Shown: positions 19,057 through 28,127 of the stretch, in pieces
How positions within the stretch are numbered: position 1 is the stretch's first letter
Layout of the letters: every line of letters begins with the position of its first letter
Assembly (NCBI GenBank): GCA_963778655.1
Contig: CAVZVA010000011.1
Coordinates: 544,001-608,000, forward strand
DNA from: an uncultured delta proteobacterium
GTDB taxonomy: Bacteria; Myxococcota_A; Polyangia; Polyangiales; JAFGIB01
Length of the DNA stretch: 64,000 bases
Direction: 5' to 3'
The notes under the pieces: model-generated
Database searches by the model: none
The model's input: only the letters and a program-made list of their open reading frames with translations
Told to the model about the DNA's origin: nothing
Program-made: the position numbers and the translations under genes

Positions 19057-21086
19057 CAGTCGACCGCGCGCACGTCGGCCACGCCCGGCGGCAAGTCGGC
19101 CACGATCAACTCGCCGCCAGCCTGCGCGCGCAGGCGCAGCCAGCGGCCATCGGGCAGCAGCACGTCGAGCAACGGCCGCCACGGCGAGCCGCCGGCCTGC
19201 GCGTCGCGCGGGGCGCCCTGGCTCTGTACGCGCGCCTCGAGCACGCGGTCGCCGCGCTCGAACAGCGGCGCGGCCACGCCGGCGCGGGCAGCCGCCTGAA
19301 GCTCCGCCTGGCGCACGCGGGGATCGCGCTCCACGCGCGCGCGGGCGGCCAGGCTCGCAGCCGTGTCCACCCCGCCGAGCGCGCCCAGCGCCCGCGCCGC
19401 TGCAAGCCGCAGCCGCGCAGAGCCGTCCTCGAGCGCGGCCAACAGCGCCGGGCGCGCGGAGCGCTCGCCCAGCGCCGCCAGCGCCAGCGCAGCGCCCACC
19501 CGCACGCGCTGCGGCTGGTGCGAGCCCAGAGCGCGCCGCAGCCGCACCCGCAACGCGCGCGGCGCCTGTGCCGGATCGGCCGCGACCGCCGCCAGCTGCA
19601 TCGCCTCGGGCGCGGTCTCCGGATCGGAAAGCAGGCGCAGCAGCACGCGCGGCTCGACCGCCAGCCCGAGCCCGGCCGCCGCCTCGGCCATGCGCCGCGC
19701 GGCCTCCGCGTCGCGCTCGTCCCGCAGCGCGCGCAGCAGCGCCGGCCCCAGGCGCGGGTCCTGCAGCCACGCGCTGGCCTGCGCCGCGCTCGCCCGCCGC
19801 GCCGGATCGGCAGCGCCGAGCGCCGCGATCAGCGGCTCGCGCACCGAGTCGTCGCGCGCGAGCGCGCGCAGCAGCAGCGAGCGCTCAGCGCTGGGCAGCG
19901 AGCGCAGCAGCTCGAGCGCGCCGCGGCGCGTGGCCGGCGACAGCTGTCCGCGGTCGCGACGCAGCGCGATCGCGAGCGCGCGGGCGCCACGCTGGGCCGC
20001 GTCGGGCGTGCGCCGGCAGCGCGCCAGCAGCGCCGGCACGCCCCGCCCACCGGGTACGCGCGCGAGCGCGCTGGCCGTGCCCTCGCGCAGCTCCGCCGCG
20101 AACGACGCCGACAGCAGCGGCACCCAGCTCGGATCGGGGCGCTCGCCCTCGAGCAGCGCGACGGCCGCCTGACGCAGCGCGGCGTCGCCGCCGGCAAGCG
20201 CGCGCGAAAGCCACGGCACGGCGCGCGCGGGATCAGCGGCCGCCAGCGCGCGCAGCGCGGCCGGCCGCTGCGCCGCGGGTGCGCGCGCCAGATACGCGCG
20301 CAGCGCATCGGCCTGCGCCCGCGTCGCCACCTGACCGAGCGCATCGAGCGCGGCGGCCACGACCTCGGGCGAGCCATCGCCGAGCCGCGCCAGCAGCGCG
20401 CCGGCACTGGCCGTCTCGCCGAGCGCGCCGAGCGCGCGCGCCGCCTCCGCGCGCAAGGGCGGCGCATCGCGTTGCAACGCGGCGCGCAGCGCGGGCCCCG
20501 CCGCGGTCGCCGCGGCCGGCCCCAGCTGGGCGAGCACGTGCGCGGCGCGCAACGCGACCGGGCTCTGCAACGCCCGCGAGAGCGGGGCTGCAGCCTTGAC
20601 GCCGGCCACCAGCAGCCCGCGCTCGGCGGTGGCCGCGGCCCGGGGACGCGCCAGCGCCTGCGCCAGCGCGGCGATCGCCGGCCGCGTCGCGATCGCGCCG
20701 AGCGCCGTGGTCAGCGCCAGCGAGGGCTGCGCATCGTGCTCGAGCAAGCTCGCGAGCGGGGCCTCGGCCTGGGCTGGCGCGCGCAGCGCGAGCGCGCGCA
20801 GAATCGCCTCGCGCAGCGGCGGCGGCGGGTTCTCATTCAGTGCGGCGAGCAGCGCCGGCACCGCATCGCTCGAAGCCCCGTAGTCGCCCAGCGCACGCGC
20901 CTGCGCCACGCGCTCGGCCAGCGGGCGGCTGCGATCGCCGAGCTCGCCGGGCGTGACACGCAGCTGGCTGAAAGCCTCGACCCAGCCCTGCGCGCGCAGC
21001 TTCGCGCACGGGCCCGCGGCCAGCAGCACGGCCGCCAGCGCGGCGGCGCGGGCGAGGGCGAGCAAGCGGCGAGACGCGCACGGCAT
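19056..21086 (-). CDS. Exported HEAT-repeat protein
   Basis: Signal-like N-terminus; many LRAEAARALGALG-type repeats; start chosen 6 nt after a TACTCT -10 element (alternative ATG at 21104). Confidence 0.8.
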   Translation of the reverse strand: MPCASRRLLALARAAALAAVLLAAGPCAKLRAQGWVEAFSQLRVTPGELGDRSRPLAERVAQARALGDYGASSDAVPALLAALNENPPPPLREAILRALALRAPAQAEAPLASLLEHDAQPSLALTTALGAIATRPAIAALAQALARPRAAATAERGLLVAGVKAAAPLSRALQSPVALRAAHVLAQLGPAAATAAGPALRAALQRDAPPLRAEAARALGALGETASAGALLARLGDGSPEVVAAALDALGQVATRAQADALRAYLARAPAAQRPAALRALAAADPARAVPWLSRALAGGDAALRQAAVALLEGERPDPSWVPLLSASFAAELREGTASALARVPGGRGVPALLARCRRTPDAAQRGARALAIALRRDRGQLSPATRRGALELLRSLPSAERSLLLRALARDDSVREPLIAALGAADPARRASAAQASAWLQDPRLGPALLRALRDERDAEAARRMAEAAAGLGLAVEPRVLLRLLSDPETAPEAMQLAAVAADPAQAPRALRVRLRRALGSHQPQRVRVGAALALAALGERSARPALLAALEDGSARLRLAAARALGALGGVDTAASLAARARVERDPRVRQAELQAAARAGVAAPLFERGDRVLEARVQSQGAPRDAQAGGSPWRPLLDVLLPDGRWLRLRAQAGGELIVADLPPGVADVRAVD

Positions 21087-21164
21087 GCGCAAAGAGTAGT
21101 CCATCCGGCTGTGATCAGGAGGGCGCGACCGTCACGGCCCTGGCCCTGGCCGCGCGCCGCCTGT

Positions 21165-21192
21165 TTGACCACAGGGCCCGCCGCGCGATAAT
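21165..21192 (+). promoter_or_regulatory. Candidate sigma70 promoter of ribF
   Basis: TTGACC-16 nt-GATAAT, 12 nt before the ATG. Confidence 0.5.
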
Positions 21193-21204
21193 CCGCGTTC
21201 ACCC

Positions 21205-22155
21205 ATGGGCGCAGCAGCGCACGAAGCCGGGCCGAGCCCGGTCGCGCCGGCGGTGATCGCGCCCGGCAACCACGACGGCGTTCACCTCGGACACCAAGCG
21301 CTGGTGCGCAGCGCGCGCGCACACGCCCACCAGCACGGCATGCGCGCGCTGGCGCTGACCTTCGACCCGCACCCCTCGGTGGTGCTCGCCCCCGAGCGTG
21401 CGCCGACGCCGCTGACCACCATCGCGCGCCGCCGCGAGCTGCTGCTTGCGGCCGGTGCCGACGAGGTCGTGGTCGAGCCGTTCACACGCGAGCTCGCCCG
21501 GCTCGAGCCCGAGCAGTACCTGCAGGCGCTGTGCGCGCGCGGCGCGCGCGCGCTGGTGGTGGGACCGGACTTTCGCTTCGGCCACAAACGCGCCGGCGAC
21601 GTCGCACTGCTGCGAGCGTTCGGCGCGCGCCACGGGCTCGCCGTGGTGGTCGAGCCCCCGGTGCTGGTCGACGGCGAGCGCGTGTCCTCGAGCGGCGTGC
21701 GCGAGGCGATCTCGCAAGGCAAGCTCGCCCACGCCTGCCGGCTGCTGGGCCACGTGCACGAGCTCGAAGGCGCGGTGATCGGCGGCTACCAGCGGGGGCG
21801 CGTGCTGGGCTTCCCCACCGCCAACCTCGCCACCGACCCGGTGCTGCACCCGGCCGACGGCGTATACGCGGTGGTGGTGCGTGCGCTCGACCGCGAGCCG
21901 AGCACGCCCTTGCCGGGCATCGCCAATCTCGGGGTGCGCCCCACGGTCGGCGCGGGCCGCTCGGTGGAGGTCCACATCTTCGATTTCGAAGGGGATTTGT
22001 ATGGCGCGCGGCTACGCGTCGGGTTCGTGAAGCGAATCCGTGCAGAACACAAATTTCCCGATTTGGACGCGCTGCGAGCCCAGATCGCGCTAGATTGCGA
22101 CACCTCTCGCGTTACATTGGAAGGCGCGGACGCGCACACATGGGCCTGGACCTGA
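21205..22155 (+). CDS. ribF: Bifunctional riboflavin kinase / FAD synthetase
   Basis: GNHDGVHLGHQ, TFDPHP, VGPDFRFG, VSSSGVR, GRVLGFPTAN, GVRPTV and EVHIFDF. Confidence 0.96.
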   Translation: MGAAAHEAGPSPVAPAVIAPGNHDGVHLGHQALVRSARAHAHQHGMRALALTFDPHPSVVLAPERAPTPLTTIARRRELLLAAGADEVVVEPFTRELARLEPEQYLQALCARGARALVVGPDFRFGHKRAGDVALLRAFGARHGLAVVVEPPVLVDGERVSSSGVREAISQGKLAHACRLLGHVHELEGAVIGGYQRGRVLGFPTANLATDPVLHPADGVYAVVVRALDREPSTPLPGIANLGVRPTVGAGRSVEVHIFDFEGDLYGARLRVGFVKRIRAEHKFPDLDALRAQIALDCDTSRVTLEGADAHTWAWT

Positions 22156-23318
22156 GCCGAATCGATGCCTGGACGCGCGAGATGCTCGAGGGCGAGGCTC
22201 GCCGGCGCGGCATCCGCTCGCCCGAGTTCCGCACCCGCGGCGATTTGATCCGACTGATCTTGCGCCACCAGTACGGAGACCGCTTCAACGCCGGGCGCGA
22301 CCGCATCGCCAAGGGCCGGCGCAACCTGGCGCAGGCGCGCGAGCTGTTGGGCGCCGCGGTGGGCGCCGCGCTGGCGTCGCTGCCGGAGCCGTTCGAGTCG
22401 CTGATGCGGCTGCGCCGGCGACCATTGCCCAGGCAACCGCGGCCGGAGGTGCCGTCGCCGCCGCGCGTGCCGACCGAGCGCGCCACGGCTCCGGCGGAGC
22501 CGCGGCAGGGCGCAGACGAGCCGGCCGTTCGCGGCGTCGCGCCCGGAGCTGCGCCGCAACCCGCGCCGCAACCCGCAATCGACGGGCCGCGCGAGCAGGC
22601 GGTCGCGGCCGAAACGGTCACGACCCAGCCACCGGCGCCGCAACCGGCCGAGACGCTCACGACCCAGCCGCCCGCAGGCGCAGCGGCGCGCCGCAGCGGG
22701 CCGACCACCCGGACCTTCGTCGAGGAGCCGATCCGCACCCGCTCGATGGCGCGGCTGCTCGCGGCGCAGGGCCATCGCGAGCGGGCGCTTGCGATCTACG
22801 AGGAGCTGCTGGGACAGAACAGCGAGGATCCGGGGCTACGGGATGAGGCTGCGGCCATGCGTCGCGGCGAGCCGGTCGAGGATCCGCGGCTCTCAGGGCC
22901 CCCGCCCGACGCCATCGCGCGGGCGTCGCTGCCCGTTGGAGGCGACCAGCTGTACTGCGAGGGCGAGCCCGGCGCCGGGCTCTTGCTGCGCTGGCGGATC
23001 ACCGAAGAGGGAGAAGGCCGCGCGCGCGCGGTCTTGGGCCGCCAGGGCGAGCTGGCCGTGCGCGTGATCTGCATCCGCCCCGACCCCGAGCAGGTGGTGC
23101 GCTCCGAGGTCACCGAGCACGGGCCGGTGGAGGCCAGCGGTCAGTGGCAGGCGCCCGCGCTGCCGAGTGCCGTGCGCTGCCTGGCGGCCGTGGGCCTGCG
23201 CGATGGCGCGCGCTTCGTGGCCATCGTGCACGACCACCCCGGCGGCAAGCGGACCGAGACGCCGGCGTCCAGCCCGCCACCAGCGTCGGCGGCATTCGGC
23301 GAAGACCGCCCCAACTGA
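22140..23318 (+). CDS. Hypothetical: Rho_N-like helix bundle, Pro-rich linker, TPR-like motif, DUF4912-like C-domain
   Basis: LEGEARRRGI...RGDLIRLI; TRSMARLLAAQGHRERALAIYEELL; W...AAVGLRDGARFVAI; start overlaps ribF end. Confidence 0.55.
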   Translation: MGLDLSRIDAWTREMLEGEARRRGIRSPEFRTRGDLIRLILRHQYGDRFNAGRDRIAKGRRNLAQARELLGAAVGAALASLPEPFESLMRLRRRPLPRQPRPEVPSPPRVPTERATAPAEPRQGADEPAVRGVAPGAAPQPAPQPAIDGPREQAVAAETVTTQPPAPQPAETLTTQPPAGAAARRSGPTTRTFVEEPIRTRSMARLLAAQGHRERALAIYEELLGQNSEDPGLRDEAAAMRRGEPVEDPRLSGPPPDAIARASLPVGGDQLYCEGEPGAGLLLRWRITEEGEGRARAVLGRQGELAVRVICIRPDPEQVVRSEVTEHGPVEASGQWQAPALPSAVRCLAAVGLRDGARFVAIVHDHPGGKRTETPASSPPPASAAFGEDRPN

Positions 23319-23564
23319 AGCGCGCGGGCCGGCGGCGCGGGACGGAGCCGAGGGCCGCGCGGGGAGACGGCCGCGGGGCCGCGCCAGTGGGGAGAGCTGC
23401 GGGTGGGGGCCTGCGATTGCGAGCACGGGCACCATCACGACCTACGAGCGCGGGGTACGGGTACGGCGACGACTGCGGGCCGGTGAGCAGGAAAGTGGGG
23501 CGGGTGACGCAATCGGGGGGGCGGGCGGACGATGACCTGCTCGGAGAGACTCCGAGGAGGCGCT

Positions 23565-24353
23565 GTGAAGAACCTGGTGGCAACGTCCTTGATCTGCGTG
23601 GCCCTGGTCGGCCGCGCTCAGGCGCAGGCGGCGCCGCGCTCCGAGGGCGAGAAGGTGGACGCCGAGCATGGCGCGGCGCCGGAGCGAGACGCGGGCAGCG
23701 CTCAGCCGGCAGGCGCGCCCAGCCAAGCCGATATCGACGCAGCGCTCGCGCGCCATGCGCACGAGCCGAGCGCGCAGCAAGTGGTGCAGGCAGCCCTGCG
23801 CGCCACGCCGGCCGGCCGTGCCCGCGCCCTGGCGTCGCGCGCGCGGACGGCGGCCTGGGTGCCGCGGCTCAGCCTGCGGGTGCGGCGCGGGCAGACGGTC
23901 GACCTGACCTCGCCGCAGGCCATCGACCCCACCACCCTGCGCCTGCGCACCAACGACGCGGTCACGCTCGAAGCTGCCCTGAGCTTCGATCTCGAACGGG
24001 TGATCTTCCGGCGAGAGGAGATCTCGCTGCTGAGCCAGGAGCGGGCCGAGCGGCAGGCGCGGCAACGGGTGGCGCGGCAGGTCATCGCGCTGTACTTCGA
24101 GCGGCGCCGGCTGCAGCTCGAGCGGGACCTGGGTACGCCGGCCGATCCGGCGCGCAGCGTGCGCATCGCGGAAATCGACGCGCTGCTGGATGCCTTTACG
24201 AACGGCGCGTTCCGACGCATGATCGCCCGACATCGATGGACAACCGGCGCAAGCACACCCGCTTCGACGTCGCGCTCAACGCCGAAATCGAGCTCCGCGG
24301 CGAGACCTGCACCGGCGAGACCCGAGACCTCTCTCAAGGAGGGGTGGCGGTGA
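23565..24353 (+). CDS. Secreted helical protein (outer-membrane efflux/TolC-like fragment)
   Basis: GAGGAGG RBS + GTG, signal ending AQA; WVPRLSL, SFDLERVIF, LYFERRRLQ and LDAFTNG. Confidence 0.6.
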   Translation: MKNLVATSLICVALVGRAQAQAAPRSEGEKVDAEHGAAPERDAGSAQPAGAPSQADIDAALARHAHEPSAQQVVQAALRATPAGRARALASRARTAAWVPRLSLRVRRGQTVDLTSPQAIDPTTLRLRTNDAVTLEAALSFDLERVIFRREEISLLSQERAERQARQRVARQVIALYFERRRLQLERDLGTPADPARSVRIAEIDALLDAFTNGAFRRMIARHRWTTGASTPASTSRSTPKSSSAARPAPARPETSLKEGWR

Positions 24354-24574
24354 TTCTGGACGAGGCGCTCGACGAAGGCGGGACGGTGCAGCTGGCTCTG
24401 ATCTTGACCCAGGACGGCATCGAGGATCCGAGCGAAGAGCCGTTCGAGGTTCAGGCCACGGTGATCTGGGCGGCGCCGACCGAAGACGGACGCGCGATGA
24501 TGGGGCTGCGCTTCGGCGCGCTCTTGCCCGAGCAGCAGAGCAAGCTGCAGCGCTTTCTCACCGCGCTGGGTTGA
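24236..24574 (+). CDS. Stand-alone PilZ domain protein
   Basis: RRKHTR (RxxxR) and DLSQGG (DxSxxG) c-di-GMP motifs, MGLRF. Confidence 0.9.
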   Translation: MDNRRKHTRFDVALNAEIELRGETCTGETRDLSQGGVAVILDEALDEGGTVQLALILTQDGIEDPSEEPFEVQATVIWAAPTEDGRAMMGLRFGALLPEQQSKLQRFLTALG

Positions 24575-26447
24575 GCGGCTGCCGGCGCACGCCGGGGGCG
24601 CGCGCGAGCTGCCCGCCCGCACGCACGGCGGTCACCAGCGCGAACACCAGCAGGCTCGCGCCGAGCGCGCGGCCCAGCGCCAGCTCGAGCACGGCGTCGG
24701 GCTCGAGCCAGAGCCACAGCCAGGTGAGCGCGATGCTGGCGGCGCAGGCGAGCGCGACCGCGCGCCGGGACAGCCGCTCGCCCCAGCCCAGGCGTCGGCC
24801 GAGCGCGAGCAGCCACGCGAACAGCCACGCCTTGAGCACGAAGCACACCGCGCCGAGCAGGCGCGGGTCCACGCCCGGCAGCTCGAGCGGGCTCTGCCAG
24901 CCGCCCGCGAACACCGCGGCGCCGAACGCGCTCAGCACCACGTGGGTCAGCACGCGCTCGGCCACTCGCAGCCGCGTCGTGATCCGCGTGGCCCATGGCT
25001 GGCGGCGCGCGCGCCGGCCCGATGCGTTCGCGCGCCGCGCTGCGGGCACGACGGCGCGCGGCTGCGACGCGGGCAGCGAGCCGCCGTCTCGTGCCGCTTC
25101 CACGGCGCCCGGGTCCGGCGGGTGGGCCTCGAGCGCGAGCGCGGTCGCGGACAGGCGGCCCGCGTAAACCAGGTAGAGCGGAAACGCCACCAACAAGGCG
25201 GGCTTTTGCAGCACGGCCCAGGCGTAGGGCCAGGCACCCTGCCCTTCCACCATGCCATCGAAAGAGCGCGTGCCGTACAGCGCGCAGGCGCACGCAACCA
25301 GCACGCCCAGCACCAGCACGTTGCCGGCGATGCCGAGCGCGGCGCGCGCGCGCTGCGCGCGACCGCCGCGGCCACTGGTGAGCGCGAGCGCGATGCTGAG
25401 CGCGGCAAAGCCGAGGTAGAGCGAGAGCGAGCGCACCGCGAGCAGCCCTGCCGGCTCGCGCCAGATCAGCACCACGCCGCCCGCGCTGAAGGCGCACGGC
25501 CACAGCAGCGCGCGCGCGCGAGCCAGCAGCGACGCACGCCGCAGCCGCGGCGCGCCCCACAGGCCGAGCGCGGGCGGCGGCCCGTGCCGCAGGGTCAGCA
25601 CTGCCCGCGCGAGCCAGGGCGCCGGCGAAGGCACGGGCGAGAGCAGCAGCACGCAGCACAGCAGCCAGGCGACCAGCGCGCTCAGTCGCGACAAGTCGAC
25701 GCCGACCTCGGGTGCGAACAGACCTTGCAGCGGAAGCGACAACGCGAGCGGCTCGGGCCGGCCCGGACGGCGTATCCGCAGCGATAGGTGGCGCGCCCCG
25801 GGGGCCGGCGCGAGGTCGGCGAGCGAGCGCACGCTGGCACCGCCCGCGCGCTCGATCACGTCGCCGGCACGCAGGCCGAGCGAGGCGGCGCGGCTGTGCG
25901 CGCTCGCCGCGCCCACCACCAGCCCCCAGCCGGTCGGTTCCTCGTCGGCTACGGCGATGCCGGTGAGCTCGAGCAGGCGCCGCGCGTGCTCGCGTAGCTG
26001 TTGCTCGGCCGCAGCCGAGGGCCAGGGCTCGATCGCCGGCACCAGCTCCAGGCGCAGGTGGCGCGCGCCGGTGACGTAGCCTTGGCCCCGCCGCACCGGA
26101 AACGCCAACACCAGCTCGCCCTCGAAGCTGCCGCGCTCGCCCAGCGCGCCGAACGCCTGCTCGTCGAACGTCGCGGCCGCCAGCTCGCCGGAGAGCGCCC
26201 GGCCGCGCAGCGTCGCGGCGACTGCGCGCGGGTTGCGCCCCGGGCCGTAGCTCGTGCCGCGCAGACGCAGCTCGCACGGCGCGCCCGGCGGAAAGCCGCT
26301 GCCGCTCACGCGCAGCGCCGCCCCCGACGCGAGCGTGGCCGGTTCCACCGCGTGCAGCTCGAGCCACGCCGCTTCCGGCTGCGCGCCGCAGCCGGCAAGC
26401 GCCGTACAGAGCGAGCAGGCGAAAGCCCACGCTGCCAGCCGTCGCAT
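24558..26447 (-). CDS. Lipoprotein + Ig/IPT-like + PDZ + NuoH-like membrane domain fusion
   Basis: Lipobox LAGC; VEP...LRVSGSGFP; AASLGLRAGDVIERAGG; GTRSFDGMVEGQGAWPYAW, AVFAGGWQSP and FVLKAWLFAW. Confidence 0.6.
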   Translation of the reverse strand: MRRLAAWAFACSLCTALAGCGAQPEAAWLELHAVEPATLASGAALRVSGSGFPPGAPCELRLRGTSYGPGRNPRAVAATLRGRALSGELAAATFDEQAFGALGERGSFEGELVLAFPVRRGQGYVTGARHLRLELVPAIEPWPSAAAEQQLREHARRLLELTGIAVADEEPTGWGLVVGAASAHSRAASLGLRAGDVIERAGGASVRSLADLAPAPGARHLSLRIRRPGRPEPLALSLPLQGLFAPEVGVDLSRLSALVAWLLCCVLLLSPVPSPAPWLARAVLTLRHGPPPALGLWGAPRLRRASLLARARALLWPCAFSAGGVVLIWREPAGLLAVRSLSLYLGFAALSIALALTSGRGGRAQRARAALGIAGNVLVLGVLVACACALYGTRSFDGMVEGQGAWPYAWAVLQKPALLVAFPLYLVYAGRLSATALALEAHPPDPGAVEAARDGGSLPASQPRAVVPAARRANASGRRARRQPWATRITTRLRVAERVLTHVVLSAFGAAVFAGGWQSPLELPGVDPRLLGAVCFVLKAWLFAWLLALGRRLGWGERLSRRAVALACAASIALTWLWLWLEPDAVLELALGRALGASLLVFALVTAVRAGGQLARAPGVRRQPLNPAR

Positions 26448-26508
26448 CCGGCAAAGAGTGCGGTTGGCCGCCGCCAGCGTCCAGAATTGGGCGCCCCAGG
26501 CCTTTCCG

Positions 26509-26537
26509 TTGCCACTCCCTGCAAAGCGTTGTATGAC
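26509..26537 (+). promoter_or_regulatory. Candidate sigma70 promoter of tRNA-Ala
   Basis: TTGCCA-17 nt-TATGAC followed by a GC-rich discriminator. Confidence 0.5.
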
Positions 26538-26549
26538 CCCGAGCCCTCC

Positions 26550-26622
26550 GGGGCCGTAGCTCAGCTGGGAGAGCGCTACACTGGCAGTGTAGAGGTCAGG
26601 GGTTCGATCCCCCTCGGCTCCA
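26550..26622 (+). tRNA. tRNA-Ala(GGC), CCA not encoded
   Basis: GGGGCCG/CGGCTCC acceptor stem with G3-U70, TAGCTCAGCTGGGAGAGC D-arm, CTACA-CTGGCAG-TGTAG anticodon arm, GGTTCGATCC T-arm. Confidence 0.97.
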
Positions 26623-26673
26623 CGAAGGATTTCATAGGGTTAGGCGTGGGTCGGGCGTGCAGGGCCGGGAGCG

Positions 26674-26693
26674 TGGGACCCAATATGGGACCC
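26674..26693 (+). repeat. TGGGACCC direct repeat x2 (integrase arm-site-like)
   Basis: TGGGACCC-AATA-TGGGACCC about 50 nt after the tRNA, preceded by IHF-like TTTCATAGGGTTA (26630-26642). Confidence 0.5.
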
Positions 26694-26762
26694 TGAATCC
26701 CCGCAAGGCGCGCGGTTGACCAGAGCCGACCACTGCGCCCTGCGGCAGCAACGAGGCGGGCC

Positions 26763-27353
26763 TCACGGAGTGGAGGTCGGTTCCGGTGCCGGTGCTGGCG
26801 CGCGGTCGGGGTCCACGCAGCGCCCCTCATGGCAGATCCGATCGCCCTTGCACTGCGTGTCGTACTGGCAGCCAAGCGGCGCGGAGGTCGGCTGCGGCTC
26901 GGCGTTGGGCGTGGCCGCTTGGGGAGCGTGGCCCGCGGCAGGCGATGCGGTGGGCGGCGGGGTTGGCTTTGCTGCGGTCGAAGGCCCCGGCTTGTCGCCC
27001 CGGACCCGAGCAGCCTCTCGCTCGTCGGCTGCGTCCAACGCCTTTGCACACTCCGACGTCTTGCTGAAGCCGTAGGCGGATGAGGCAAGGAACATGGCGC
27101 CCCCAATGAGATCTGCAGCACCGACGATCTTGCCTGTTCTGCTCTTCCATGTAGATAGCGCGACTGCGCCTCCCACGAGACCACCGAGCCCCCACAGAAG
27201 GTCAAGCCCCGGTGCGATCTTGTTGCTCGTGCACCGGAAGTGCGGCACGTCCCGGTAGTTCGGCGGCAGCGTCCGCACCGTCGCCACCGAGCAACCCGTA
27301 CTCAGGCTCAAGGCCGCGCATACGACCACCACGACAGCGCGGCGCACTTGCAT
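26763..27353 (-). CDS. Hypothetical lipoprotein with small Cys-rich C-terminal domain
   Basis: Signal ending STGC; CQYDTQCKGDRICHEGRC. Confidence 0.7.
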   Translation of the reverse strand: MQVRRAVVVVVCAALSLSTGCSVATVRTLPPNYRDVPHFRCTSNKIAPGLDLLWGLGGLVGGAVALSTWKSRTGKIVGAADLIGGAMFLASSAYGFSKTSECAKALDAADEREAARVRGDKPGPSTAAKPTPPPTASPAAGHAPQAATPNAEPQPTSAPLGCQYDTQCKGDRICHEGRCVDPDRAPAPAPEPTSTP

Positions 27354-27587
27354 CGCTGCCCTATCGCCCAGGGACACTGCGCCCAAGAGAACGGTCCTCG
27401 CAGTGCGAAGTGCGCCTATGCGGACCCCCTTTCGCCACTTAGTCTATCGCACCTGCCCGCCAAGCGCGGTGAGCCGCATCGCTCGCGCGTTTCTGGAGGG
27501 GGGGAGGGGCCCAGCGCGTGACATCTGACCGCTCCGATTCCCACAGCGCACAACGAGACTTCGAGCCAACCGCGCGCCGTCTAGGAT

Positions 27588-28070
27588 CTAGGGGGTGGTG
27601 ACCGCATCGACCTCAAGGACCCAGACGCCGTCCGCGTGAACTTCCAGGTAATACGCACCGGCCCGAGGGTAGAACGTCTGGCCATCGCCATCGCCGTCTT
27701 GGCCGGCGATCATCTCCGAGCCCGATTCGTCTGCGGGATGCAAGCTGAACCACGAGGGACCGCCGTTGGACTGGGCAATGCTCCAACGCAGCTCCCATGG
27801 TCCACTCGCCACAAAGGGGCGCGTCGACCGGCTCCCTTGGCCCTCCACGTGCATGATGGACTGTTGCGATCCGGCGGCGACCGAGCCTTGCCGTTCGGCA
27901 GCGTCTTCGCGCGAGCAGGCTTGATTCATCTGTACAGCGTTCCTGAGCTGCTCTCGGATAAGGGCATTCTGCTTCTGAAGGGCGTCGAGGGCCTGCTTGA
28001 GATTGTCGATCCGCGCTTGCTTGATCTGAACCTCTTCCGCCGAGTAGTCTGCGCGATCGAAATACGCGAG
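27588..28070 (-). pseudogene. 5'-truncated gene (coiled coil + small beta-sandwich)
   Basis: Protein-like KQARIDNLKQALDALQKQN...STRPF...PWELRW...GAYYLEV; upstream part replaced by IS remnant. Confidence 0.5.
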
Positions 28071-28127
28071 GGGAAACCGGGCCGTTCTGAGCACGGTTGG
28101 CGAGGGGCTGCATTTGCTTGCCCTCGC

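Noticed and set aside
24558..26447. Calling this gene nuoH of complex I
   Set aside because: Acidic quinone-site loop is missing, extra periplasmic domains are present, and there is no nuo operon
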